Shown here one piece after another: positions 26,636 to 41,250 of a stretch of DNA of 64,000 bases. The stretch's first letter is position 1, and the number at the start of each line of letters is the position of its first letter. The stretch comes from Octopus vulgaris. Lineage: Eukaryota. The DNA lies in assembly GCA_951406725.2 (NCBI GenBank), contig OX597832.1:8618001-8682000 (forward strand), written 5' to 3'. The notes under the pieces were generated by a model. The model was not told the origin of the DNA. It saw nothing but the letters and a program-made list of their open reading frames with translations, and made no database searches. The position numbers and the translations under genes were made by a program.

Positions 26636-27231
26636 TGGTTGTATTTATGTACTTGGAAGTTTAGTACTGTATACCATGTATATAAGGGAAGCAGACAATC
26701 TCACAAAATCTATATAGCAAAGCGTATGCAAATCTATGTAAATAAAAGTAATTATTGAAATTATTTCCAAATCTGGGTTATAACATTATATAATGCAACG
26801 TATACTGGATATAAGTGAGACAGCTGTCTTGCGTCAAACTTTGTCTAGAATTTATACACAAAGAAGAGAGTAAAGAATTTTTTGCAAATTATGAGCATTA
26901 AACTTGAGTGCTTTCATTTCTAACGTAATGGGAAAATTTAGGATGTCGTGCCTTTCACGTAATAATAGAGAATCATAGGTGGAAAAGAATGATTGTTAAA
27001 CTTGCTTCATATAATTCTAATAATACTTGAATGTTAAGTAGATCGTTGACTAATGAAAATAATTGTTTTTGTTATGTGCAAAAATCAAAACATGCCCTTT
27101 AACTAATGTAACTTGTCTTTGTCTCTCAGGTTATATGACGACACTGAGAGGTTCATGATCCGCTTTAGTATCAGCAGTAGTAGTAGGAACCGTTGTAGTA
27201 TTATTGCAACAGCAAAGAGAGGGGAATTAGT

Positions 27232-27232
27232 G

Positions 27233-27281
<49 letters not shown>

Positions 27282-27430
27282 ATACTAATACTACCACTAC
27301 TACTGCTGCTGCTGCTACTACTACTATTACTACTGGTACTACTGCTACTACTACTACCATTACCGCCACCACCACCACCACTTCTGCAACTACTGATGCT
27401 GCTGCTGCTGCTACTGCTGTTGCTGCTGTA
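27232..27430. repeat. Compound trinucleotide microsatellite (ACT/GCT/ACC)n
   Basis: Direct reading of the sequence. Confidence 0.95.
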
Positions 27431-28359
27431 GACATCACCTCGCTTTTTTCACCTCTTCCGCAATAATGTTACAACATTTTGCGTAGCTAAATTCAGATGA
27501 TATTTTAACCATTACGTTTGTCGTGTTATTTCCGTCATTTCTGGGAACATAGAACGCAACTCGATAGCCAGATGCAGTCGTTATTTCTTTTAAGCCAAAC
27601 AATATAAGAAGCCCATTCTTACTAATTCATAGACACATTATTGTAAAACCAGTGAAGAATGCATTGAACACTGCGAATACGCTACGTTACAGTATTTGAA
27701 TTAAATTTACTCATGTTACGTGAATAGGCAGTGTATCATTTCTAGTAATGCTACTCGGTACATACGAAATACTTCAAAAAATATAAATTGGTTAAGGCCA
27801 TCACAACTATTCAGAAATAGTAGTGATTCATTCTGGAAGAAGGTTAATTTAATGCCATATTATTCAGGCAGCAGTCTACCCTTAGCCTACTGTAATCTGT
27901 CGTATTATATGCTCAGCTTAAATTAGGACTTGACAGGCTAAATTGACATCTATATAAATCTGTTTAGTATCACTTAATCCGTGACTGTGATATACCATTT
28001 TATTCTGTTAATTCCTTCTGTGCTTTACATTTAACAAGTCTTAATAATAGCATTAATAAAGCATTTTAGTCTCTACCTGTCTCCACGTATACTCACACAC
28101 ACACACACACAGACATTTACCTATATATATATCATGATGATATTACTATGTATCTACAAAACGTCCCAGTAGGTTTTAAAAGTAATAACTTCACTCCGGA
28201 TATATTTCAAATGTGTGCGATACACGGTATAATCATTCTGTATTACATATTCTGATTATAATTTGCCTTTGGCGATACAATAACGTGAATGCATGCATGT
28301 ATATGCACATTCATACTACATGCATATATAAATAATTCATGCATATATTCATAATACAT

Positions 28360-28481
<122 letters not shown>

Positions 28482-29589
28482 CATAATCCATCAGTTTTCA
28501 ATTACCGTTTATTGTTTCAGTCATTGGACAATTGGAATCCGATCATATTCAGGAACAACCTTAACGGCTTTATTTGAACAAATCAACCCTATTTCTTATC
28601 GATTGGTTTCTCTTGCCGTGCCGTTAATATTTTACGGAAACGTAAAATAAATGATCATCGGATATCAAGCGGTGAAGGGGAGAAACACTGTCACGCACAG
28701 ACACAGAAACACATGGACACAAACACACACACTCACTCACACGCACGTGCACACACACAAACAAACAATGACACACATACAGTAACTAGATTTGCCGTGT
28801 AATGACGGAACAATAAGAGAACGGATAAAGTAAACTCCAAGAGAGAAAGGAAAAGAAAACAAAATCTGACAAATCTGCAGATTTATCTTGCATGTCTATA
28901 TTTCGGGGTTATAAATCCTTTTTTAAATATATCCATCATGGTCATTTAACGTAACAAGGGCAATCTCAGAATGATGGGGACCCTACTTATGAACAACTTG
29001 AGAGCCGCCATTAAAAGCATGAAGAAGCTATATGAAAGGGACTGTTCACTACAGCATGACCCATCTAGGTCTCGCCTTTCTCCTTCCTCTCCTTCATCCT
29101 TGCTCCCACTAACATCTGTCCAAAGCGTTTTCTATCCATCCTGCAGAAGCAGTTATAACCCCTTAAATATACAAAGTAAAAGTGCAACTTTGTTTTGCTT
29201 TGATTTCTTATACTTTTCCATTTCTAGTTTGCTTTTTGCCTCTCGCTTTGTTCTGGCCATACATAACAAGTCCCTTTAAAGTAATGCCACACAATTCGAC
29301 ACCAAAATTACTCCAATATATGTTATTATATAAATTAAAATCTAACGGTACTGACATTACCTAAAGCAACAAGCTAAACAAAGAAAACATTTTTGTGTCG
29401 GTCAAGCGTTTATTTGACAATATTGCAGTGAGAAAAATAAAACAAGGATAGGTATGGGTTATTGATGAGAAGACTGCAAGTTAATAAATAAAACACACGT
29501 TTTGTTTATATGTTGAATTCGTGAGCAAATATGCATTGTCCTAAAATTTTGTATCAGAACGTGAATAAATTTCAATACTTGAAGAAACA

Positions 29590-29803
29590 CGGTGAACTGG
29601 CAGAGTCTTTATCACACTGAACGAAGAGCTTAGCGGTATGTCGTCTGCTGCTATGTTTTGAGTTCAATTTCCTCCGAGTGTGACTTTGCCTCTCATCCTC
29701 TCGGGGTCGATAAATTAAGTGCCAGTTGAGTACTGGGGTCGATGAATCGACTGCCTCACCTTCCTCAAAGACTTTGGGCCTTGTACGTAGAGTATAAAAG
29801 ATT
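29590..29803 (+). mobile_element. tRNA-derived SINE with Nin/Deu-like central domain
   Basis: GAGTTCAATTTCC B-box-like motif, then GACTTTGCCTCTCATCCTCTCGGGGTCGATAAATTAAGTGCCAG and CTGGGGTCGAT. Confidence 0.7.
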
Positions 29804-30304
29804 AGGAAATCTAGACACATGCAACTCCTTACAAATTGATTTAAATTGAGACTGGTGGCACGCTTGATGACGGAACAATGTATTTTTTCCAAAGAAGAAG
29901 TAATACTTTCGTTATTGAGCATCGCGCGAGAAACGAGACACAAACGAGTTAGGACACAAAAACTGCAACAATAATGAGGAGACACATGCACACAAGCACA
30001 CATTCTACAAACCCACATTTGCAGAAACATAGACACAGACATAGTCACGAGAGTATGTATGTTTTCTCTCTTAATTCTACATATCGGTAAATATAATTTG
30101 ATCGTTCTTGTCTGGTCAAAAGAAATGAATTTTGGCCATAATATTGTATACTGTCCGACACATGTGGCTTTCTTGTCCATTGGCTTTCTTTTTCCCTCTA
30201 AACATTTAAACCGAGTGGCCCGCTGAAGATAAACTCTTGATGTTAATGAGCAGAGACTTCTGAGATTTCATGAATAGATTATAACAGTGATACTCAAGCA
30301 CACA

Positions 30305-30361
<57 letters not shown>

Positions 30362-30473
30362 ACATATGTGCTTACATATATATATATGCACTAAAGACGG
30401 GGGACACAAACCGCTGGAGAGAATCTTGTCCATGGATCTTGGGAAATTTAACTCACCTAGAGATACATATATA

Positions 30474-30642
30474 CAGGAATGAATGTGTGGTAACAAGCTT
30501 GCTTCCCAAACACATGGTTCCGAGTTCAGTCCCACTGCATGGTACCTTGGCTAAGTGTCTTCTACTATAGCCCCAGACCTACGAAAGACTTGTGAGTGGA
30601 TTTGGTAGACGGAAACTGAAAGAATCTCTATGAATATATATA

Positions 30643-30678
<36 letters not shown>

Positions 30679-30884
30679 TATATACATACGTATTTATATA
30701 TGTATGTGTGTCTCTGTTATTTTGTCTGTGTTTGTCCGCCACCATCGCTTGACAACCGACGCAGATGTGTTTACGCCACCGTAACATAGCGGTTCAGCAA
30801 AAGAAAACGATAGAATAAGTACTAGGCTTACAAAGAATAAGTCCTGGGGTCGATTTTCCGACTAAAGATGGTTCTCCAGCATGG
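30474..30884 (+). mobile_element. tRNA-derived octopus SINE, near full length, with internal microsatellite
   Basis: Same head as 20456, with a 3' part CGATAGAATAAGTACTAGGCTTACAAAGAATAAGTCCTGGGGTCGAT...CCAGCATGG. Confidence 0.85.
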
Positions 30885-30931
30885 AAGAATATGTATACAC
30901 CCACCACACGCGTGCATATGTCTATACACAA

Positions 30932-30970
<39 letters not shown>

Positions 30971-32002
30971 CACACACACACTCATATACATATATACATT
31001 TATTTGTTTTTATGTTCATTTATAACAAAAACAATTTATGTTAATTGTATGGTTTTAGTGCAGTACAAGAATGTTATCGACGGTGACTTCGAAGTTTCTG
31101 TCAGTTAACCCATCATTGGATTTATACTTATTATATAATTACGTTCACTGTGCCCTTTACCTTTTATATTTGACACCCACTTGTTTCCATCTTCCTTCTT
31201 TTTTTCTTTCCTCATACTTCACCAGAAAACTTTGTCTTTAATAATTTTTTCCCCTGTTGTATATTCTTTGTCGTCCTCTCCCCAAATCTGTCAGATATTC
31301 CTTCTGTCCCACTTCCTCTTTTCACAAAAGTTCTAATATTTTCTATCCGTTCTTCATTTCGTTGCCTACTTGGTCTTCTTTTGTTGAAAAGATGATGTCA
31401 GTTTTAGCTATTTTCCCCCAATTAGCTGTATTTGTATGCACATGGTCGATTTGTCTGCTCTGATTTTGTTCATTCATATGATACTAACTGTCCGTTTAGA
31501 CCAAGTGTTAATTATTCTAGTTGTCTCCTAACAAAACTTATGTAATTCACGTATGCAGTCTTGAAAGAATATAGAGCTGTGCTACGTAATTTGTATTGGT
31601 ATCTTTTGCATATCCTCATACACTTAGTGTGGTTCCATGCTTCTTAATGAAGTCAACAAGCTATCCCGCATATCATGGCCTCTGTACTGTTTTTCATAAA
31701 TATTTCTCCTGCAGATTTATCCGTACATATACGAAAGACGAAACTTGCAAACTTGCTAGAAAAATTGTCAACAAAACGTAATTTACCCAATGTCAGTCTG
31801 TCTGTCTCTCTGCATATCTAATCATATATCTATCCACTTAATTATGAATTCCTCTTTCAATCTTTCTTTCTCTCTCATATATGTACATATATTTACATAT
31901 ACACACACACAAACACACACACACACACAAACACACACACATATATACATAAATACGTATATATATTTGTATGTGCATATGTGTAAGTATATATACATAT
32001 AT

Positions 32003-32043
<41 letters not shown>

Positions 32044-32065
32044 TATATATGTATGTATGTATCTA

Positions 32066-32101
<36 letters not shown>

Positions 32102-32123
32102 CTTAAAATACTTTAAAATATTT

Positions 32124-32190
32124 TAGCCTAGAGGCCGCGGCCATGCTGGGGCACCACTGCTGGGGCTCCACCGCTGTGCTGGGGCACCAT
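32124..32190 (-). mobile_element. SINE 3' fragment with triplicated GCTGGGGC(A/T)CCA
   Basis: Reverse complement GGTGCCCCAGCATGGCCGC matches the SINE tails at ~30870 and ~61705. Confidence 0.6.
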
Positions 32191-34903
32191 ATATGAGGAT
32201 ACAATACTTCTTAAAAAGGGATGTTAACATTCAAGCTTCACTAGTGTTCTCTTATATATCAATGAAATATCAAGGAGAGTAGTATCCCTAAATAGTATCG
32301 GTGTTTATTGTTTAATAACAAGCACTAATTATGTATATAACGGAGTTCAATGATTGTTACACTTCGATATATTGGGATATAGTTCAATATAGTATAAAAT
32401 AGAAGTATGTAACTCGCTATTTTCAAAATGCAACTTTAATCTATTAATTTTAATTGAATGAATTATGTATTAAACAATTGTAGGTAAGAGAAAATTGACA
32501 ATATTTTAATAAATTGATGCTTATCTGTTAAAAACTCCAGTTTCTTATTACACACACATACATACATCCGCACACAGACACACACACATACATCCGCACA
32601 CAGACACACACACATATACGTTTGTGTTTTTGTGTGTGTATATACATATATGCACTCATATATGATATGAGGAATATGTATACACATACACACATTCATT
32701 GATTCCTTGATTGTTAGAGAGTGAAAGATAGAAAGAGAGAGAAAGAGAGAGAAAGAGAGAGAGACAGTTGAAGAAAGATATTCATGTATCTGTGTGAATT
32801 TAAATATAAAATGTGAAGGAATGAATAATATCGTCTATTAAATATAGACGTCAGGTAAACCAATAATTGATTTTAAGATATTTACCATATCGTTCTACGA
32901 ATCTATCCAGCAAAAATGTTTTAAGTGAGAGTACAGAAATGTCTCAAAGTATCTTTGTAATTCTTATGGCCGTACTCTTTTGAAATAAGACCGAAGACAC
33001 ATTTATAACTTTCAAACAGAAAGGCTATATATTGAAATTGAAGATCAGTAGAGAAGTTAAAAGAGAAATCAATATATTGCTGGCGAGAAATATATAACTC
33101 ATTTAAGAAATATTCAATTCTAAATACAGACATATTTCTAGCTAAATTATCTTGCTTGAGGATACTTCAAAACAAAAGGACGATAATGATTCTTGAAGGA
33201 ACTAAATGTTATTCAGCTTGCTGTCTTTTGGGAACAAGCGAAATTGAAATAGAGAATATCAATATCGTCTGAAATTATGGTACTGAATTTTATATAAACC
33301 TTTATATAAAACTAAGTAACTGCATATAACATTATCTGAAATTTGATTTTTCTTTTCAGTAGAAGCCGATCACCATGCCTATATCTTGATATTATTATTC
33401 TAGAACTTGTATTTGCAAATCAAACATTATATTATATGATATTTGCATGCAAATAACTACATGGTTTTATTAAATCATATGATATAACTGAACAAGTATT
33501 GATCAATATTATACAAGGGATAATATGTTAAGACTCTGTAGAATTATCGTGAGTGATAACCGACTATTTTATCTTGTTTCAAGTACAACAAAGCATACTT
33601 AAGATGTGGACCAAAAATACTGTTTATTCAAATAAAATTATAACGGTAATGAGAATCGAAATAATTATCGTTAATTAAACTAATCCCCGCAAATTACAAG
33701 AGACTTATATTTCATAAATACAATGGAAAAAAAATCTTAGATATTCACAAGCTTATGGGTTGAGCGAGTCTGGCTTACAGCCTTCATGATACTTTGAACA
33801 TCTTTTAAGCTTACTTTTCCTCGGTGAATTATAGTCGCATCGCATCAGCCAAAATTTTGTATGAAAAGAAATGTAATAATGAGGTCTGGAAATATGCCCT
33901 GCTATTTTTGCAAATTTCACGCAAAACGTTAAATATATTTGCAATATTCGTGTAACAAACTATACACCAAATTGTTTTGGAGGAGAGCAGAGCATTATAT
34001 CAAACTTTCATATGGCTGTATACATGTGATATAAAAACAAAGACATAGTGGGAACGTGAACAACAACAAAAAAATCAACTGAAATCTCCTATATTTGATG
34101 ACAGCGACTGACCGATGAACAAATGATATCTATTAGGGTTGTAGCTTGCTCTAAGTTTTCAACACATATATCTCATTTCTATGTCCATAGATCCATAGAT
34201 CTCATTTATGTATTGTATGTTTATGCACTTCATGTAGAAGTCAAGATCCTTTGTTATTCTAAGTTTTAATTTTAATTTTTCTAGTTAATGAAATAACTTA
34301 TCGCAAAATTGTACCTAAATATCCATATAAACTTTTGACAATTGTGAACGGTCCGTAATTAGAGACTCTGTCCATGGCTTTCGCTGACGCTCCGAAGATT
34401 TTCAGACAGAAACAGATATCTTACCATGTGAGCATTTTCAAGACCATGTGTGCATGAAATATTTGTGAAAGAGTGTAATCCGGAAAATGATGATGAGACT
34501 AATATTTTTGTATATATATATATAGTTCAGTTGTACGACTTCTCTACCGTATTTAAATACTATTGTATTGTGAAATAACTTATCATTGCTATTAGGATAT
34601 AAGAAGCCCTTGTAAACCCAAATTTCTAAAATCTTACTGACAATAACGCATGATATCTGTTATTAACCTGAACATCACTATATATGTATAAGTCCATACA
34701 CAAAAAAGGGCACACGCCAGTACTCACATACATACGTAAAAAAATTACACCTAAAATGACATACACACACATGCACTCATACACATGTATGTATGTGCAC
34801 ATATATATATGTATATTGAGATAGAGATAGAGAAAGGGAAAGAGAGAGAGAGAGATAGACAGATAAATGCATACGCACCCACACACATCTATATATGAAT
34901 ATA

Positions 34904-36153
34904 TTAGGTTGTCCGGAAAGTTCATGCCGATATATAGTGGCTTATATTTCGACTTATTTTAGAACATGTTTGAGTCCATAAAATAGGATTTGACTACACT
35001 TCCATTTAGAGATCAGTTTAAGCTATCTTTTCGTGGAAGAAGTTTTATGTTCCTATAACCTGTATTAATTCTGTAACCTTTTAAAATGGAAGATAAGAAA
35101 TTTCATTTTCAGCAGTTGATGCATTTCTTTTGCGGAAAAGGAAATATGCCTCACAAGCAACCAAAGAAATATGGGCAGTTTACAGTGATGTTTCTTTATC
35201 CGAAGAACTGTACAGAAGTGGTTTGCAAGGTTCCGAGCTGGAGATTGTAGCCTTATTGATAAACAGTGATCAGGCAGACCATCCCCTACAGATGATAATC
35301 AAATCAAGTCATTAATTGAGAATAACCCACATTGCACAATCCAAGAATTGGCATAAAGCCTCGACCTATCAAAATCCGTCGTTCATGAGCACCGGGTAAA
35401 GCTTGGGTACACGAATCGCTACGATGTTTGGGTACCACATGAGGTGAGTGAGAAGAACTTTTTCGATCGCATTTCCAACTGTGATACGCTTTGTAAATGG
35501 AATGAAAATGCGCCTTTTTTAAAGCAAATTGTATCAGGTGATGAGAAATGGATTATCTATCGACATGTTCAGAGAAAGCTAACCTGCAGTAAGCGACATG
35601 AGCCACCCTTAGCCACCCCAAAAGCGGATCTTCGCCCTAAAAATGTCTTGCTTTGTGACTGGTGGGATTGGAAAGCAATTCTGTACTATGAATTTCTTCC
35701 AAGTAACCAGACAATTCTGATAAATACTGCACACATCTGTTCGAGTTAACCGCAGCAATTCAAGAGAAACGTCCAGAATTGGCCAACGGGAAAGGTATTG
35801 TTTTCCTTTGGGAACCAGACAAAAATTGTTGCAGCTGGGCTGGGATGTGTTACCCCACCATCCATATTCATCAAATATTGCTCCTTCGGGTTTCCACTTA
35901 TTCAAGTATCTGCAGAATAGTCTTAATGGTAAAAAATTCAATTACTTGGATGACGTAAAAAAATACCTTGAAGAATTATTTGTCATGAAAACACACCAAT
36001 GCTGGGAAGAGGGTATTTTCAAGTTAAAGGAAGGATTGAGACGCATTGTGCAACAAAATGGTTCCTATTTGGTTGATAAAAAATGTAATGACAAGTACTT
36101 ATTGACATTTTACTTTCCTTTAAAAATAGGCACGAACTTTCCGGACAAACCAA
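34904..36153 (+). mobile_element. Full-length degenerate mariner (second family) with TA target duplication
   Basis: TA|TTAGGTTGTCCGGAAAGTTCATGCC ... GGCACGAACTTTCCGGACAAACCAA|TA. Peptides WVPHE, IVSGDEKWI and HHPYSSNIAPSGFHLF. The HDNA motif is deleted near 35800. Confidence 0.92.
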
Positions 36154-36590
36154 TATATATATTTAGGGAAGGATAGAGAGTGGGATTCCGATAGCCACAT
36201 ACAACGAAAAGTTCTGCAACTGACATCAGTCTCAAGAATTGTGCGTCGCTATATTATCGGATAATTATGGTCCCTATTTTCATTCGTGTGCGTTATATAT
36301 ATATATATGTATGTATTTACCTATATCTATCTATCTATATACATACACACTACAGGACTAGAACTGTTTCATTCAAATGAAATCATCAGGAAGCTTGGTG
36401 TCAAGAATAGTTTTGACATTTATACATTTAGGCAGATTTAATGGGGTGGATGGTTGTTTTGTGTGTTCACCATGTGATTCTGGCACAAACTATCTTTCTT
36501 AGGGGAGTGGTCAAAAGAATCAGTGATAAAGTAGATAAATGAATAAATAGAATAATAGAATAGAGTTTTAGGTAAATAAGAAGACTATCG

Positions 36591-36652
<62 letters not shown>

Positions 36653-36802
36653 TACATATACATACACACATACATACACACATACATATATATACATACA
36701 CACACATATACATATACATACAAAAATACATACACACACGTACCAACATGCAAGCACACGCACACATATATCTACACATATATATGAAAGAATATACACA
36801 CC

Positions 36803-36863
<61 letters not shown>

Positions 36864-37649
36864 GTATACATGCACATATATACACACATATTTCCTCCCT
36901 TATTTTATTTTTATTTTTATTTTTATTTTGATCTCTTCAGGGTCATAAAAAGTATAATATATGACCTACCTACCCGCCGACACACATTTAGTGGCGCTGG
37001 ACAGCCTAAAAGAAATCCATTTACTGCCCCTCTCCCTTCCTTTCTATCTCTTTTCACACAGAAACGAACATCCACTCATACTTACGTATGTATCTCTCTC
37101 TACAAGCACATATATACATATATACATGCATGTATGTATACACATACATATACACACACAAGTACACATATTCGTACATACATAAAAGTACCCACTTTCA
37201 CATAAACGTATACATAACTATGTACACACAAAACACATATATAAAAAAAATTGTACTTCAGTACACATAAACACACATGAACATCTGCCCGCATATATAA
37301 GCGCAAATGCCTATATACAGACATTTGTGCATATAAATATACATACGCATATATACGCATCCATGCGCTTATAAATACATATATGCACACATGCACGCAT
37401 ACACATGTGCATAAAAGCATACCTACATATACATACCTACACACATATATATACATGCACGTACATACACATACGTACACGTACATACAAATACATATCT
37501 ACACACATACACATACATACATATATACACATACAGAAATCTTCAAGTCCATATATATACACATATACATCTTAGGGGAGTGATGATTACGAATGTACAG
37601 CAGCTTGGAAAACTCGCTCTGATAGTTCGGATAAGAAAACTCCTCCGGG

Positions 37650-38386
37650 TATATGATATAGGAGTCCATGTTGAGAGTCGGGCCGTGTGGGAAGATGAAT
37701 GGAGGCATAATATCGCCATCACTGGTGCTGACTGATTATTTGATTTTTATCATAGTCGGTACATGTTTGGGGGTTACGGAAAGCCAACTTATGTTCGGCT
37801 GGAGGGCATACATGAGTTTGTTCAAAACATTCGTAGTGCGGTCTTTCCACTTGTCCTTGATTACTTGAGGTCATTTCTCATCTTCTATGGGGAATACTGA
37901 ATGTCTTCATGTACTACCTGCCTGATATGAAACTCAGATACTCCCATGGCCCTGACGATGGACCATATTGACTTGAATGGATCGTTCTCAATCATGGCCT
38001 GTATCTCACTAACAAATTCCGGAGATCTTTTCTTATCCGAACTATCAGAGCGAGTTTTCCAAGCTGCTGTACGTTCGTAATCATCATTAGACTAATTCAA
38101 CTGTTTCCAAATCCTCAGCACAGTCCTCGGATTAACACACAAACACTCTGAAACGTTTGTATTGGAGCTACTGGCGTGAATGCCAAGCAGTACAATACGT
38201 CGTTTACAATTTTCTGGCTACGTGAATTGCTTCATGTTGCTGTTTTTATCACGGACAGTGCCCAACTGACCCTACTATAATGTGTAGTCGACAATATATA
38301 AAGCAAACGTGTAGTCGATAATATATAAAGCAAATATGTGAGAAAAGAAAAATATAAAATGGCGCCTATTCACCCATCGCATAGTG
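37650..38386 (-). mobile_element. maT/DD37D-like transposon 5' fragment
   Basis: Minus-strand TA|CACTATGCGATGGG end, HTH-like N-terminus and SDGDIMPPFIFPHG..LN...Y. Confidence 0.6.
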
Positions 38387-39182
38387 TAAATAATCATATT
38401 GGAACATGTATTTGGTTTACATCCAAATGTGCCTTATCATTAAACGTTTAGTTCCCCACCTTATCCAGGAATTCACATTTGATTGTGTCTTTTAAGCAAT
38501 CTTCTTAATATCAAATATATCTTATTTGTGGCTTCCCAGCATATTTTCGTGGATAATAATATATCAGAGCACAAGAATAAAAGAATTGAAGAAAAATGAC
38601 CTGCCTTATTTCGATACCGATATATTTTCGATATCACCTAATTTGGTATTCTTGAACTGTGGTAAAAAATAACGCTAACAATGTTATAAGTAAACAAGAT
38701 TTAATTGACAGCCCAATAAGACATGTCCCCAAAGCACGACTCTCTCCATAATAGTTATTTCTATATCTCACTTTTCACCCTGTCATAATATAATACAATA
38801 TATGCACCTCAGTGTAATTCAATATGATATATTACAACACATGACCTTTGATTTAAGATTTATTAATTGAGAGGTAAACGGGGCAGGGGGATAATAGAAA
38901 ATAGATGGCGTGTTAAGGGAAATGCAAAATATATATATATTTATATATATCGTAGAATTAATTCAATAGGAGGTTCTTAATATATAATATCAAAAGCGCT
39001 GAAATATATGCAAGAATGCTTTTATATATAAGAATGTTGTTCGACTTACATATTGTTTTCGGTATAATCATGATATATCGCAAATAAAGCATGTATGCAT
39101 GTGTGTAGTACAATCTCTATTATTTAATGAATGTGCACAGTTACAGGGAAGAGCGTATATATAGTTTGTTTATATATACACA

Positions 39183-39232
<50 letters not shown>

Positions 39233-39322
39233 TATATATATATACGCATACACACAAATATACAGATATATAAATATATATATACACATATAGACATATA
39301 TACACATATATATATATATATA

Positions 39323-39613
39323 TCACGTGATCACGTGACCGACCAGACCATCAGATGTGGTTACACAATGCGTTCGCATTGTTTTAGCCTTCGAATGACG
39401 CCACCCCGCTGGCTAAGCGAGCAGGCCAACAGAAGAAGGAGTGGGAGAAAGAGTGGTGAAAGAGTACAGCAGGGATCACCACGCCCTGCCGGAGATCGTG
39501 GGGCCTTTTGGTGTTTTCGCTCAATAAACACTCACAATGCCCGGTCTGGGAATCGAAACCGCGATCCTATGACCGCGAGTCCGCTGCCCTAACCACTGGG
39601 CCATTGCGCCTCC
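39323..39613 (-). mobile_element. tRNA(Arg)-derived SINE with TCACGTGA repeated tail
   Basis: Minus strand GGCGCAATGGCCCAGTGG (A box), CTCGCGG (TCG anticodon-like) and GGTTTCGATTCCC (B box). Tail GGTCACGTGATCACGTGA. Confidence 0.85.
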
Positions 39614-39627
39614 ACACACACACACAC

Positions 39628-39733
<106 letters not shown>

Positions 39734-39944
39734 ATATACAGTTTTGGATGTTGGAAGGATGGAAGGATATTAGCGGCAACAAAGCACTTTTTTAAAAACT
39801 TTCTTTTCTCGCGAATCTATTAAATTATGTTTGTTTTAAACTTGAGATTACATAGAAAGTATTTTGCGTTATCTTTTGAATTTCTGCCATTTTTGGGTTT
39901 CCTGGTATCTAAGTTAGGTAGCAATCAGTGCCTTCTCCTGCCAT

Positions 39945-39952
39945 CTTCATCA

Positions 39953-40046
<94 letters not shown>

Positions 40047-40151
40047 CATCATCATTATCATCATCATCATTATCATCATCATCATCATCATCATCATCAT
40101 AATCATCATCATCATCATCATCATCATAATCATCATCATCATCATCATCAT
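39945..40151. repeat. (ATT)n/(ATC)n microsatellite
   Basis: Direct reading of the sequence. Confidence 0.95.
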
Positions 40152-41130
40152 CGCAGGGATGGTAAGCCAGGGATCATTCTCATATAATTTTCGGTTCCCT
40201 TCTTGATCATTTCTAGTGCTCCTACGATCACTGGTATTGTAACCGCCTTGAGATGCCACATTTTCTCAATTTCAATGAGTAGGTCTTTATATTTTCTGAG
40301 CTTGTCAAACTCTTTCGCTGAGATATTATGATCACAGGGGATGCTCATGTCGATCAAGAAGCAAACTTTATTGTTTTGGTCTTTCACAACAATATCTGGT
40401 TTATTGGCCTTGATGGTTCGGTCTGTATGTACTGGAAAGTCCCACAGAATGGTTACATTTTCTCCTTCAGTTACAGCCTCAGGGTGGTGATTATACCACT
40501 TGTCGGCAGTTTTCTCGCCCCTTGTGGGTAATAATAAAATAACTTGTCGGCAGTTTTGATATTGTAATGCCGACTTATTAGCCAGTGTAGATATTGGCCA
40601 ACTCTGTCATGTCTTAATTTATACTCCACTGGTGCTAAGACTTTACATCCAGAGATTAGATGGTCCACTGTTTCAATCATGTCGTTGCAGAATCGGCATT
40701 TTGGTTCTGCTCCATTTTTCATCACATTGGCCTGGTAGTTCCGGGTTAATAGGCTTTGATCTTGTGCAGCCAGGATGAAACCTTCGCTCTCTGCTTTTAG
40801 CCCTGAGCACCGTAGCCACTGATGGATTTGCTTCTGGTCAACATCAGCTTGTTTGCTGCGGGTCACATATTTGCCGTGCAGAGGTTTCTCCTCCCACCTA
40901 TAAGCCAATTGCTCGTGCGCTTTTTTCGTTGCCATCATTCTCACCTTCTTTGCAACAATAGTTGCCGTGCTTCCCTCGGGTTGTTCAGTTTGGGTATCCT
41001 GCACGAGATCAATATCAAATTTTTTGCTTTCCTTTATGATAGAATGAAGCTTCTTTCGTCTCTCGTGATTTTCCACGAGCTTTAGCATCCAGTCATTCGA
41101 TATTTCGAGATATTTGGCCAGTCCAATTGT
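40152..41130 (-). mobile_element. Dong/R4-clade non-LTR retrotransposon fragment (CCHC + RLE) embedded in (TAA)n/(TGA)n
   Basis: KPLHGKY, ESEGFILAAQDQ, CRFC....ETVDHLISGC, RHDRV, ILWDF, NKPDIV, LIDMSIP and KLRKYKDL. Confidence 0.9.
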
Positions 41131-41131
41131 G

Positions 41132-41211
<80 letters not shown>

Positions 41212-41250
41212 CATCATCATTATTATTTTTATTATTGTTATTGTTATCAT
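41132..41250. repeat. (ATT)n microsatellite
   Basis: Direct reading of the sequence. Confidence 0.95.

Noticed and set aside
29572-30180. 202-aa minus-strand ORF
   Set aside because: It runs antisense through a SINE and CA-rich sequence, with no recognisable domain.
39545-39613. tRNA-Arg-like sequence
   Set aside because: It is the head of a SINE. The acceptor stem is not properly paired and it continues into SINE body and tail.
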